IMG/VR virus record: IMGVR_UViG_3300046737_000089
Origin: a virus
Length of the DNA stretch: 36,603 nucleotides
Direction: 5' to 3' (one strand)
This document shows, in pieces, positions 9,654 through 17,455 of this stretch (positions are counted from its first letter, which is position 1; every line of letters begins with the position of its first letter). The notes below the pieces were generated by a model that did not search any database, was not told where the DNA came from, and saw only the letters and a program-made list of their open reading frames with translations. A program made the translations under genes and the position numbers.

Positions 9654-9838
9654 TAAATTTCTCCTCGTTTTTCTTTGTCTATTTCGTTTCGTTCACCACG
9701 ATAACGCGCAAGTCTTTCTTTGTCGCTAATTGGTTTTGGTTTAGCAGCATCTTGAAGTGACACCGAAACGAACTTACCATTTACTATCTTTCCAATGCCA
9801 TTGACTAACTTGCCATCTTTAATTGACATATTTATCAC
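9653..9838 (-). CDS. Hypothetical protein (GTG start in the track; ATG MSIKDGK... at 9829 is possible)
   Basis: 61-aa ORF, packed. Confidence 0.45.
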   Translation of the reverse strand: MINMSIKDGKLVNGIGKIVNGKFVSVSLQDAAKPKPISDKERLARYRGERNEIDKEKRGEI

Positions 9839-9993
9839 TCACATTTAATTATAAATTCTTCTGACTCGATGATTAGTTCTTTAATCTTTAATTTATATTT
9901 ATCACCACATTTCGTGTCGTATATAGCGACTTCAATATCACCGAACCTATCATACGCTTCTTCTAAGCTATGCATCAACTCTAATACTTTCAT
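9835..9993 (-). CDS. Hypothetical 52-aa protein (MKVLELMHSLEEAYDRFGDIEVAIYDTKCGDKYKL...), below the track cutoff
   Basis: My own translation. The ATG overlaps the upstream TGA (ATGA) and it fills an otherwise empty 150-bp gap. Confidence 0.45.
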   Translation of the reverse strand: MKVLELMHSLEEAYDRFGDIEVAIYDTKCGDKYKLKIKELIIESEEFIIKCE

Positions 9994-10202
9994 TTAACGT
10001 TGCCTTCTGCCTCATTTTCTAGGATGCCTTTAATCCTGTCTATTTCTTTCCACGCCGCATGTAAACTTGCTTTTACATATTCATTCTCTTGTGTCAACCG
10101 CATAATCATACGGCGATTAAATTCTGCGATATCAAATGGTTTCTTTTCGTTTATCATTTTTTCTCTCTTCACACGTCTTACAGGGAAATTCGAAATCTTC
10201 AA
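9990..10202 (-). CDS. Hypothetical protein (likely start MINEKKPF... at 10157)
   Basis: ORF track; coiled-coil-like sequence. Confidence 0.5.
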   Translation of the reverse strand: MKISNFPVRRVKREKMINEKKPFDIAEFNRRMIMRLTQENEYVKASLHAAWKEIDRIKGILENEAEGNVK

Positions 10203-10437
10203 ATTCTATTTCTGGAAAAACTTTACCGCAAATACAGGTTACGGAAGACCATCCGGCGGGTAAAGTATCATGATGAGTCCCTGGCACAAACATAATCTGA
10301 TGTCCGCAACTTACTTTAAATATTCTATGCCCTCCATGCCTGGCAGCAGTTATGTTGCAATTATCACAATGAACAATGCGGCACTCCATTCGTTTTTTAT
10401 ATTCATCCATTAGTTGCTGGGAAGTTTCTATAATCAT
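10132..10437 (-). CDS. Cys/His-rich putative zinc-binding protein
   Basis: 101 aa with several CxxC/CxC/H clusters (CDNCN, CGH, CICG, CKTC). Confidence 0.5.
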   Translation of the reverse strand: MIIETSQQLMDEYKKRMECRIVHCDNCNITAARHGGHRIFKVSCGHQIMFVPGTHHDTLPAGWSSVTCICGKVFPEIEFEDFEFPCKTCEERKNDKRKETI

Positions 10438-10679
10438 TTCTCTTCTTCTTTATGCCAACTAATAAATGTTACAGGAGAAATCGATGCATCCTTACAGTAT
10501 ATGTACTGCACATTAAATCCATTGCTCCTCAAGCATTCTTGTTCCTTATCGCTAAGGATTCCATTAACCTGCGCTGTATATTGACCATTATTAGCTGCAT
10601 TTATAATCTGCAGCCTCAAATTATATCCAATCCCCGTATGGTTGATATCGCTGATTTTTCTCATTTCATCTGCTGTCAT
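10434..10679 (-). CDS. Hypothetical protein
   Basis: 81-aa ORF with 4-nt overlaps on both sides. Confidence 0.5.
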   Translation of the reverse strand: MTADEMRKISDINHTGIGYNLRLQIINAANNGQYTAQVNGILSDKEQECLRSNGFNVQYIYCKDASISPVTFISWHKEEEK

Positions 10680-10912
10680 TTCTTTTCTCTATTTATCATT
10701 GTAATAACAAAATCATTTTCGCCAGCATAACATTTTACGGTTTCACCTGTTGCCAATGCTTCAGCCATTAACCTCTTATTCTCTTTAATATTCATATTTA
10801 AAAAATCTAACCATTCATAAATATCTGCTGATTTCTTCTGTAATTCATCGGTGTCATTTGCTTTCAATATACATGATGGACCATTCTGAACTATATATTT
10901 ATCGTCTATCAT
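10676..10912 (-). CDS. Hypothetical protein
   Basis: 78-aa ORF, packed. Confidence 0.5.
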   Translation of the reverse strand: MIDDKYIVQNGPSCILKANDTDELQKKSADIYEWLDFLNMNIKENKRLMAEALATGETVKCYAGENDFVITMINREKK

Positions 10913-11034
10913 TTCTTTTTCCTTTTGCCTTTCAATATTCCAGTCCCAGCATCAGCTTGATTAAATTCTTTTCCAACTTTAACTGGTATGCCAACTTTCT
11001 TAGCGAACTTTGGATTGTGTGCAACAGCCGCCAT
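10909..11034 (-). CDS. Small basic 41-aa protein (MAAVAHNPKFAKKVGIPVKVGKEFNQADAGTGILKGKRKKK), below the track cutoff
   Basis: My own translation. Its TGA overlaps the next ATG (ATGA) and it lies between the NAMPT-like gene and the next ORF. Confidence 0.45.
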   Translation of the reverse strand: MAAVAHNPKFAKKVGIPVKVGKEFNQADAGTGILKGKRKKK

Positions 11035-11050
11035 AAGGCGTGCTTGTTTT

Positions 11051-12469
11051 TTAGTTTTGCTTGGCATTCGCTCTCTCCCGAATATCGTTTAAATCACTTT
11101 GATTGTAAAGTTTTCCATCTTCATAGACAACACGAAGCAAGCCGCTTTGCTCTTCTTCGGCTGAGCAATGCTCCTTTGTAGAAATAATGTCGTCTTTGTT
11201 TTCTAAGCATAGTAAACCTTGATGAGATTTCTTTTTTGCATCTGTGATTGGGTCTTTAACGATATCAAATGGCTTTCCATGTCTTTCACCATAAGTTGCT
11301 TTAAATGTAATTCCCAAATCATCTCTATTATGTTGTTGTAATAACAAGCCGCCCAGGCCAATGACAAGATTTGATGCGGCATAGTCCATCGCGTGCATGT
11401 CCTGTAATATATGTTTATATCGTTCATAGTACATTCCATCCCCATAAATTAAACCAATCTTTGGGTTTAAAACCTTAAAGCCTTTTGAATTAGTTGTGCT
11501 GCCAAATGTACTGTCTAATAATCTTAAGCAGCCAGTTTTTTCAAATACGTTTGTGCCTTCTTGATTGCCACATATAATCTTATGTGGGTCACCGCTATCT
11601 GGGCGAATAACTACTTTACCATCACGCGCTATTATTTCATCTTTAAGTTGCGGCAATATGTTTACGAGCACTTTCCATAAGTTGTAACTATCAGCAACGA
11701 TGCTAAGAATGCCGGTAGGATACAATTTAAGCATAGCTCGAAAGGCATCGATTTCATTTTCTTTTCCATAAGCGCACATAACACTATGCTCACTAGCTGG
11801 CACGCTATACCCAGAGATACCGTCAGCCATATAGTATTGATCGAGCAGCTTAACGGCGGGAACTGTATCAGTACCGAGAAAATTACATAAGTGAGCGGCT
11901 CCAGAAAGTGCCGCTGTTTCTTCAGAAGAACAACCCCGATAACCAAAGTCATGAAGCATAAAAGGAATTGGACTTGTATCGTCACATGTCATCTCCACAA
12001 ACTTTGTAATTAGCTTTTTCATTTCATAGCTATATGTAGCCACACTAATTGTGTTCCAAACTTTCAGTAATAATGATTCGACGTAACCGACTAACCAATA
12101 AAAATCAGGATGAGTATTAGTAATTGTCATCAATACATTTTTAACAGGCAATACCATTCCTTCAGGCACAGCTTTAATCTTTAATGGTAGATAACCTAAT
12201 TTATACAAGTTCAAAAATGCCGCTACTAGAGAAGATGGACAACTGCCTAATATTTGTTTTCGATAATGCACAGCTTCTTGTATGTCTTCGTAGCTGATTG
12301 GATTTAAATACTGCTTCAAATAATATTGCAATCCAAAAAACATTTGTTCTTTGTATTTATGGTCACTGCGCGATATTAAATAGGAATAAACTTTATTCAT
12401 GCCTTCTGGATATTGTTCGATGTGACCGAATTTATAAGCGTCTGTCATTAATAATAGATTATTGTTCAT
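11051..12469 (-). CDS. nadV: Nicotinamide phosphoribosyltransferase family protein (NAMPT/NadV-like); candidate nicotinamide ADPR-transferase (Namat) of a NARP1-type pair
   Basis: 472 aa with NAMPT-family signatures: LMTDAYKFGH, HDFGYRG, SVPASEHSV, ADSYN, VIRPDSGDP, GLIYGDG. Confidence 0.9.
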   Translation of the reverse strand: MNNNLLLMTDAYKFGHIEQYPEGMNKVYSYLISRSDHKYKEQMFFGLQYYLKQYLNPISYEDIQEAVHYRKQILGSCPSSLVAAFLNLYKLGYLPLKIKAVPEGMVLPVKNVLMTITNTHPDFYWLVGYVESLLLKVWNTISVATYSYEMKKLITKFVEMTCDDTSPIPFMLHDFGYRGCSSEETAALSGAAHLCNFLGTDTVPAVKLLDQYYMADGISGYSVPASEHSVMCAYGKENEIDAFRAMLKLYPTGILSIVADSYNLWKVLVNILPQLKDEIIARDGKVVIRPDSGDPHKIICGNQEGTNVFEKTGCLRLLDSTFGSTTNSKGFKVLNPKIGLIYGDGMYYERYKHILQDMHAMDYAASNLVIGLGGLLLQQHNRDDLGITFKATYGERHGKPFDIVKDPITDAKKKSHQGLLCLENKDDIISTKEHCSAEEEQSGLLRVVYEDGKLYNQSDLNDIRERANAKQN

Positions 12470-13256
12470 TGATTATTTTCTCGTAAAAACTTTCATAGTT
12501 ATAAGACCGAATTTGAGTTATTCCAGCATCTACCAGCGGCGCAGTTCCTTTGCTAAATATCCCATGCGTTATATAAAGGGCAATTTTAGATACTTCACGT
12601 TCTTTTAATTGCTTTGCTATTTCTATAAATGTTGCGCCACCATCACAAATGTCATCAACTATTAATATACGTTTGTTTTTAAAATCAACATAATTAGGCA
12701 ATGTAATTGAATTAATCTTTCCGGTTGTTTGGTCGCGGTCTTTTAGGCACTGCGCAGCTTTAGCGGGAGTCGCTTCGTAGTAACGTTCAAATGCTCCGAA
12801 ATCAGGTAATAACATTAAGTTGCTATTGGTTTCTTCAAAAAGATATTTAATTTCATCATAAGGAATGTAGTTAATGACTTTTGCGTCTATATAGAAATAA
12901 GAACGCTCAGAATGCACATCTAAAGTATGGACTACGTCTTCATTGGTAGAAAAATCATTAAATAATGACTGGAAACATATAGACGCGAAACAAGTATGAT
13001 TCCTTATATATTTATCCTGCCTAGCATAGGGAAGATAAGGAATTATATAGATAATCGGGTGCATAATTAAGTCAGCTAATTGACCAAGCCAAATCAATTC
13101 TGCTTCTTGCTCAAACACCCAATAAACATAAACTTTATCAGTATCTTTTAAATCATCAATATACGGCACTTTCCAAACCTGGCTTGTTTTATCTGGAAAT
13201 ATCGTTGGCTTAATTTCAATACGCTCATGTTCATTAACTTTTAAATAAATTGCCAT
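12459..13256 (-). CDS. Ribose-phosphate pyrophosphokinase (PRPP synthetase)-like protein; candidate ADPR-pyrophosphate synthetase (Adps) of a NARP1-type pair
   Basis: 265 aa with the PRTase/PRPP loop RILIVDDICDGGATFIE and LDVHSE (compare Prs DLHA/S). Overlaps the NAMPT-like gene by 11 nt. Confidence 0.8.
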   Translation of the reverse strand: MAIYLKVNEHERIEIKPTIFPDKTSQVWKVPYIDDLKDTDKVYVYWVFEQEAELIWLGQLADLIMHPIIYIIPYLPYARQDKYIRNHTCFASICFQSLFNDFSTNEDVVHTLDVHSERSYFYIDAKVINYIPYDEIKYLFEETNSNLMLLPDFGAFERYYEATPAKAAQCLKDRDQTTGKINSITLPNYVDFKNKRILIVDDICDGGATFIEIAKQLKEREVSKIALYITHGIFSKGTAPLVDAGITQIRSYNYESFYEKIINEQ

Positions 13257-13268
13257 TTATGCTCCCTC

Positions 13269-13364
13269 TTAAAATCCAATAAACCCGTAATGCATTGCAG
13301 ACGTGCCTAATAAGAAGCCAAGTAGAGCGCACATTATTATAATTAACACACTAATAGAATTCAT
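13269..13364 (-). CDS. 31-aa hydrophobic peptide (MNSISVLIIIMCALLGFLLGTSAMHYGFIGF), putative membrane peptide
   Basis: My own translation; a single TM-like segment that fills the gap after the Prs-like gene. Confidence 0.35.
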   Translation of the reverse strand: MNSISVLIIIMCALLGFLLGTSAMHYGFIGF

Positions 13365-13367
13365 GAT

Positions 13368-13598
13368 TTATCTTTTCTCCAAGCCGCTTTTCAACATTTT
13401 GAATCTCTGCTCGCAATAATCTCCCCATTTATCTTCCGGTGGCAAATCTTCTGAATCGACCCCAAAAGATTCATGATAGGCTATGCCTAATTCACATTTA
13501 ATAGCGGGGCGTCCTTCTAATTCAGTAAACGACGCTCTGAGCACTCTGTTATTATCATTAATCCAGTTTATAAATTTCATTATCTTTTCATTTTGCAT
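13368..13598 (-). CDS. Hypothetical protein
   Basis: 76-aa ORF in the track. Confidence 0.5.
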   Translation of the reverse strand: MQNEKIMKFINWINDNNRVLRASFTELEGRPAIKCELGIAYHESFGVDSEDLPPEDKWGDYCEQRFKMLKSGLEKR

Positions 13599-13729
13599 GT
13601 ATGTATCTCTCCACAGTTAGAACACGTATAAGAATGCTTATCAACAGAGCTTTTAATTAGCTCTTCAAGCTCGGTTATTCTATTCTCTAAACTAAGTATT
13701 ACTTCTAAAAGTTTTATAACCTCAGACAT
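13580..13729 (-). CDS. Hypothetical 49-aa protein (MSEVIKLLEVILSLENRITELEELIKSS...CSNCGEIHTC), below the track cutoff
   Basis: My own translation; TAATG overlap with the upstream stop. Confidence 0.4.
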   Translation of the reverse strand: MSEVIKLLEVILSLENRITELEELIKSSVDKHSYTCSNCGEIHTCKMKR

Positions 13730-13914
13730 TAGTTAATCTCCAATACGCACGTATATTGAATATCAATGTTACGCGTATATTGCTCCCCTAAATTTCTAGC
13801 ATGTAAGATTGCATGTTGCGCTGCTTGTTCGCATAGCTTGTGCGAAACGAAATTATCTATATGCGTCATTCCAACCGCACCGTTTAAATATAAGAAAAAC
13901 ATTAATGACCACAT
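13729..13914 (-). CDS. Hypothetical protein with a hydrophobic N-terminus
   Basis: 61-aa ORF in the track. Confidence 0.45.
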   Translation of the reverse strand: MWSLMFFLYLNGAVGMTHIDNFVSHKLCEQAAQHAILHARNLGEQYTRNIDIQYTCVLEIN

Positions 13915-13919
13915 TTTAA

Positions 13920-14183
13920 TTACCCCTTTAATCCAGCAAAAATTCTATTAATAGCAATCACCTCAGGTGGTACTCCTGATAATGTCTGATGCTTAACCCA
14001 TTCTGGGTCTCGTAATTGCGACACCCATTTTTCAAGCTTTGCGCCAATATCTGCTTTTACTTCATCAGAATAATGCTCGCAAATATAAAGTATGCCGTGC
14101 TCATGCTTGCATGTTTCACAATACATTAATTCACCCTCACACTCTAAGACGGTAAAGTTTCTAAAAGATGAATATCTAGCCAC
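13920..14183 (-). CDS. Hypothetical protein (GTG start preceded by GGAGG)
   Basis: 87-aa ORF with a strong Shine-Dalgarno (ccGGAGGcgcGTG). Confidence 0.55.
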   Translation of the reverse strand: MARYSSFRNFTVLECEGELMYCETCKHEHGILYICEHYSDEVKADIGAKLEKWVSQLRDPEWVKHQTLSGVPPEVIAINRIFAGLKG

Positions 14184-14285
14184 GCGCCTCCGGGTAGTTT
14201 TTTTTCAAAAATCTCAAGCGCTTCTATAGAATTAGCTGCTTCTATTAGAATTTTCACAGCAAGCCCATCTAATAAAAATTTAATC

Positions 14286-14690
14286 TTATACACCCTCATA
14301 ATTGCCCCACACTTTTTGAGCTATATCTCTAAGCTTTCCAGATACAACCGTGGTGGCGGCTTCTTTATCTGGGCCCATCCAATGAATACTCGTTTTACCT
14401 TTTGGTTGCTCACCTAACGAAAATATGGTGACATGTTCCAAATCAAAAAGCACCGTATGGAACTGTCCGCAATCATCTACGTGCTCAACTTCTAATATTC
14501 TTTTCATAGATTTTTTCTCTCTCTGTTGTTTAGGATCATGTGGAAAGAATCCCGCGGCGGCATAAAACTTATAACAACTCATGCACACAAGCAGGTCAGT
14601 TTTTTTGTAATCTGTTATAACGGTAAACTTAGGTGCAATATCTTCTAGCCCGCACGCTTCGCAGGATTTTATTTTGTAATCACTTTTCAT
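14286..14690 (-). CDS. Hypothetical protein with an N-terminal CxxC...CxxC zinc-ribbon-like motif
   Basis: 134-aa ORF with CEAC...CMSC. Confidence 0.55.
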   Translation of the reverse strand: MKSDYKIKSCEACGLEDIAPKFTVITDYKKTDLLVCMSCYKFYAAAGFFPHDPKQQREKKSMKRILEVEHVDDCGQFHTVLFDLEHVTIFSLGEQPKGKTSIHWMGPDKEAATTVVSGKLRDIAQKVWGNYEGV

Positions 14691-14863
14691 TTAAAATTTC
14701 CAAATCTAAGTTCAATTACAGCTTTCTTCTGTTCCTGCGTCGTTTTCACAGGCTTAAAAAACGCTGCGCAACATTTAGCTAACTCTTTATCTACTTCTTC
14801 ATTATGTTTTTTGGCATTACGCCTATGCCATTCATAATCTTTACTTGTCGGTACGTACATCAT
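14687..14863 (-). CDS. Hypothetical protein (start moved to MMYVPTSK...)
   Basis: The ATG at 14863 forms an ATGA overlap with the stop of the 14860..15039 ORF; the tracked ORF extends to 14884. Confidence 0.45.
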   Translation of the reverse strand: MMYVPTSKDYEWHRRNAKKHNEEVDKELAKCCAAFFKPVKTTQEQKKAVIELRFGNFK

Positions 14864-15039
14864 GATTCCAATTCCTCTATGCACATTATCTCAGTTATAT
14901 TTCTTTCTACACACTCATCAATTTTTACGTGACTCTGTGCGGCACGGAATGCATCTTTGAAAGATTCGGCTTCTACATAAATTAAAGACTGCGGATATCT
15001 ATCTCCTTTTTTTCCAAATAGGATTTTATAAGTCTTCAC
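14860..15039 (-). CDS. Hypothetical 59-aa protein (VKTYKILFGKKGDRYPQSLIYVEAESFKDAF...), GTG start, below the track cutoff
   Basis: My own translation; GTGA overlap with the terS stop, preceded by GAGGAA. Confidence 0.45.
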   Translation of the reverse strand: MKTYKILFGKKGDRYPQSLIYVEAESFKDAFRAAQSHVKIDECVERNITEIMCIEELES

Positions 15040-15422
15040 TCCAATTCCTCAATCTGCTTTTGTCTGTCCTGATGGTCTTTAACAATATCAATCTTATGTT
15101 CATTCTCATGAAGTAATTGTAAATGTCGTGCTAAAAGTTCATTTGCTTTTAATTTTGTTGGCATGAATTTTTCATTTTCATGCTCTGCAATATTTTTAAT
15201 ATTATTTAAAACATATTCTGCAGTTATCCCTAGTTTTTCAGCTTCTTTACTCATAATTTTTTCTATTTTTAACTTAATTTGAGGTTTATTGAGGTTCTCA
15301 TATGCCATCTCTCCAGATGTCTTTTTACTGTATCCAGCTTTAATTGCTGACTGCATTCCATTGCCTGTTTTTATATATTCTCTGACAAATCTTTTTTGCT
15401 TAAGAGTTAATTTCTTTTCCAT
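15036..15422 (-). CDS. terS: Terminase small subunit (Terminase_2-type)
   Basis: LTLKQKRFVREYIKTGNGMQSAIKAGYSKKTSGEMAYENLNKPQIKLKIEKI is a close match to the conserved TerS N-terminal HTH pattern. Confidence 0.85.
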   Translation of the reverse strand: MEKKLTLKQKRFVREYIKTGNGMQSAIKAGYSKKTSGEMAYENLNKPQIKLKIEKIMSKEAEKLGITAEYVLNNIKNIAEHENEKFMPTKLKANELLARHLQLLHENEHKIDIVKDHQDRQKQIEELE

Positions 15423-15597
15423 GATTATCTATTACTTCTAAAATATGTTTTTTAACTTTTAGTAAATGCTCAGGCATATATTCATTTATACTATTAAGTG
15501 CAGCACGAATAGCAACGACACATATACTAATCGCTTCGGACGGCTCTAATGCTGCTAATAAATCTTTTATCTCAACAAGTTTATTTTCATCTATCAT
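15400..15597 (-). CDS. Hypothetical protein
   Basis: 65-aa ORF in the track. Confidence 0.45.
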   Translation of the reverse strand: MIDENKLVEIKDLLAALEPSEAISICVVAIRAALNSINEYMPEHLLKVKKHILEVIDNHGKEINS

Positions 15598-15818
15598 AAA
15601 TTCTTTAACTCATTAATGTAACATTCTTTATGTTCTTCAAAAAATCTTTCCGCGTCTAGCACAGTCCCGGCACGAATAGATGCCAACATATGAAGGTTAA
15701 ATGTATGACAAAAAATTTCCCATGCCAAAATAACTTTATCTTCATGTTCACTAACCGCATCATCTATATTGTCTAACAAACTTAAAATTTCTGCTTTAAT
15801 TTCTAAACTATTCATCAC
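15594..15818 (-). CDS. Hypothetical protein
   Basis: 74-aa ORF in the track. Confidence 0.45.
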   Translation of the reverse strand: MMNSLEIKAEILSLLDNIDDAVSEHEDKVILAWEIFCHTFNLHMLASIRAGTVLDAERFFEEHKECYINELKNL

Positions 15819-15972
15819 TAATTCCTTTTAATTCTTTATAATCCTCAATCTCTTTTTCGACAGTTTTTTTTATCAAAAATAAAATATCTAATGTAATATA
15901 TTTAACTACACGCTTTGTATCTAATATTTGACGAATAGTATTTTTTAATTTAACTTCATCTTTAGGTGTCAT
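15808..15972 (-). CDS. Hypothetical 54-aa protein (MTPKDEVKLKNTIRQILDTKRVVKYITLDILF...), below the track cutoff
   Basis: My own translation; fills a 140-bp gap and overlaps both neighbours. Confidence 0.4.
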   Translation of the reverse strand: MTPKDEVKLKNTIRQILDTKRVVKYITLDILFLIKKTVEKEIEDYKELKGISDE

Positions 15973-16159
15973 TGTTTTCTCGTTTAATTACATCGTAATC
16001 TTTCAATGCATTAAAAAGTTCTTCTGTTATTTCTTTTGTTCCCAATAAAAAACCACGCTTAAAATATTCATCGCCTTCAATCTTGCCATGATATCGTTGT
16101 TCTAAAATAACACGGCAATTATTGAGTAAACTTTTAAGCTTTAAATCTTCAGGTTTCAT
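15962..16159 (-). CDS. Hypothetical protein
   Basis: 65-aa ORF in the track. Confidence 0.45.
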   Translation of the reverse strand: MKPEDLKLKSLLNNCRVILEQRYHGKIEGDEYFKRGFLLGTKEITEELFNALKDYDVIKRENNDT

Positions 16160-16656
16160 AATTGTGACCGTGCAATTTCTATTAACCGTTTGTCCGCTTT
16201 CGTTAAAACATCTAACAATAAACGCTTTTCTTCTAAATAAACTTTAGCAAATTTCGGGTCGTGATAAACAATAGACCCAGTATTACTAATTAAATCCGCA
16301 ACTTTAATTGTTTGAACATATGCGTCGCAGCCACTTAATCTTTCACGTGAGATTTTTTTTCGCGTCTCTCTATTTCCTTCTGCTAAATCAGACAACAACT
16401 CTACCGCTCTGGCAATTAAATAGCTAAATTTTTCTTCCAATTCTCTAAAATGAATGCCGCAATCTTCCATGCAATCATGGAGCCATCCTATTGCTTGCCA
16501 TTCATCAATAGTTATTCCAAAATCTGGATTAAAAACAGATAATGAAATTCCAACTACTTCAGCTAAATGCTCAAAATAAGGATTATGCGTATATTTACGC
16601 CGCTGCTCTTTATGAACGTCTCTAGCAAAAACCATAGCTTTATATGCAATATCCAT
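16156..16656 (-). CDS. HD-domain RelA/SpoT-type hydrolase (small alarmone hydrolase, SAH/Mesh1-like)
   Basis: FARDVHKEQRRKYTHNPYFEHLAEV...AIGWLHDCMEDCGIHFRELEEKF...TIKVADLISN follows the (p)ppGpp-hydrolase HD motif order. At 166 aa it is a single domain with no synthetase. Confidence 0.85.
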   Translation of the reverse strand: MDIAYKAMVFARDVHKEQRRKYTHNPYFEHLAEVVGISLSVFNPDFGITIDEWQAIGWLHDCMEDCGIHFRELEEKFSYLIARAVELLSDLAEGNRETRKKISRERLSGCDAYVQTIKVADLISNTGSIVYHDPKFAKVYLEEKRLLLDVLTKADKRLIEIARSQL

Positions 16657-17018
16657 TAATTAATCCCAGTTAAATAATTGCATTCCATATTATCTTTACC
16701 AGGCGCATGACATTCAGACGTGAAGGTCCAAAAATAAGCCCGGCGTTTATAATGAATTTTAATTTCCTCCTGAGAATCAAATGCCGTCTGGACTTTCGCT
16801 AATAAAGCATTATCATCAATAGTAAAAAAGAAAGGTGTACTAGAAAATCCACCAGACCCGTTAGACATTCCACCACGAATTATTTCAGCTTCCCATGTTT
16901 TTACAAAAACACCTTCTTTTGAGAGCTTAATAATAGTACCAACTTTTTCGCCCCTACCGGTAACATACCCACAAGCAGCTAAACTTAAACACATAATAGA
17001 AATTAAAAATAGTCTCAT
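16656..17018 (-). CDS. Putative lipoprotein
   Basis: Signal peptide plus lipobox MRLFLISIMCLSLAAC|G. Confidence 0.65.
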   Translation of the reverse strand: MRLFLISIMCLSLAACGYVTGRGEKVGTIIKLSKEGVFVKTWEAEIIRGGMSNGSGGFSSTPFFFTIDDNALLAKVQTAFDSQEEIKIHYKRRAYFWTFTSECHAPGKDNMECNYLTGIN

Positions 17019-17038
17019 GGGTCGTTACCTCTATTTAA

Positions 17039-17455
17039 TTATTGATATACACAAGAAACTTTCAAGGGATCCTGGTTAGTATTATTAAACAAATACCCTA
17101 TACGGATATAAGAATTATAATTAGAATCCATAGATTTAATATCGAATTTTAAATACGTTACTGGGATTGTTTCGACTAACTGGTAGCCTCCATCAAAGCT
17201 ATCGTTTGGATTACTAACATAATTAGCTGACATAATCATGATACTTTTTGTCGTATGATTTGCGACTAAATCCTTAACGGTACATTGGATATTGCGTCCA
17301 TTATATTGATCTTTAATTCTATAGGCTGTCACTATATCGTATGGCTGCAAAGTCACATCAGCAAAAGGTATTCTCATACTAAAATCTCTAACCGCAAATG
17401 CATTTGCAGATACAGCTAATAAAGATACACATAAAGCTACATTTAATTTTTTCAT
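17039..17455 (-). CDS. Putative secreted protein
   Basis: N-terminal signal peptide MKKLNVALCVSLLAVSANAFA|V. Confidence 0.6.
   Translation of the reverse strand: MKKLNVALCVSLLAVSANAFAVRDFSMRIPFADVTLQPYDIVTAYRIKDQYNGRNIQCTVKDLVANHTTKSIMIMSANYVSNPNDSFDGGYQLVETIPVTYLKFDIKSMDSNYNSYIRIGYLFNNTNQDPLKVSCVYQ

Noticed and set aside
11203-11985. Internal ORFs 11203..11445 and 11662..11985 (minus strand, other frames) within the NAMPT-like gene
   Set aside because: They are nested out-of-frame ORFs inside a strongly supported 472-aa enzyme gene.
11051-13256. Classical phage NAD salvage (NadV plus NMNAT/Nudix, KVP40-type, NARP2)
   Set aside because: No NMN adenylyltransferase or Nudix signature was seen in any ORF of the genome, and the partner gene is Prs-like. 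The NARP1-type interpretation is therefore preferred but remains unproven.
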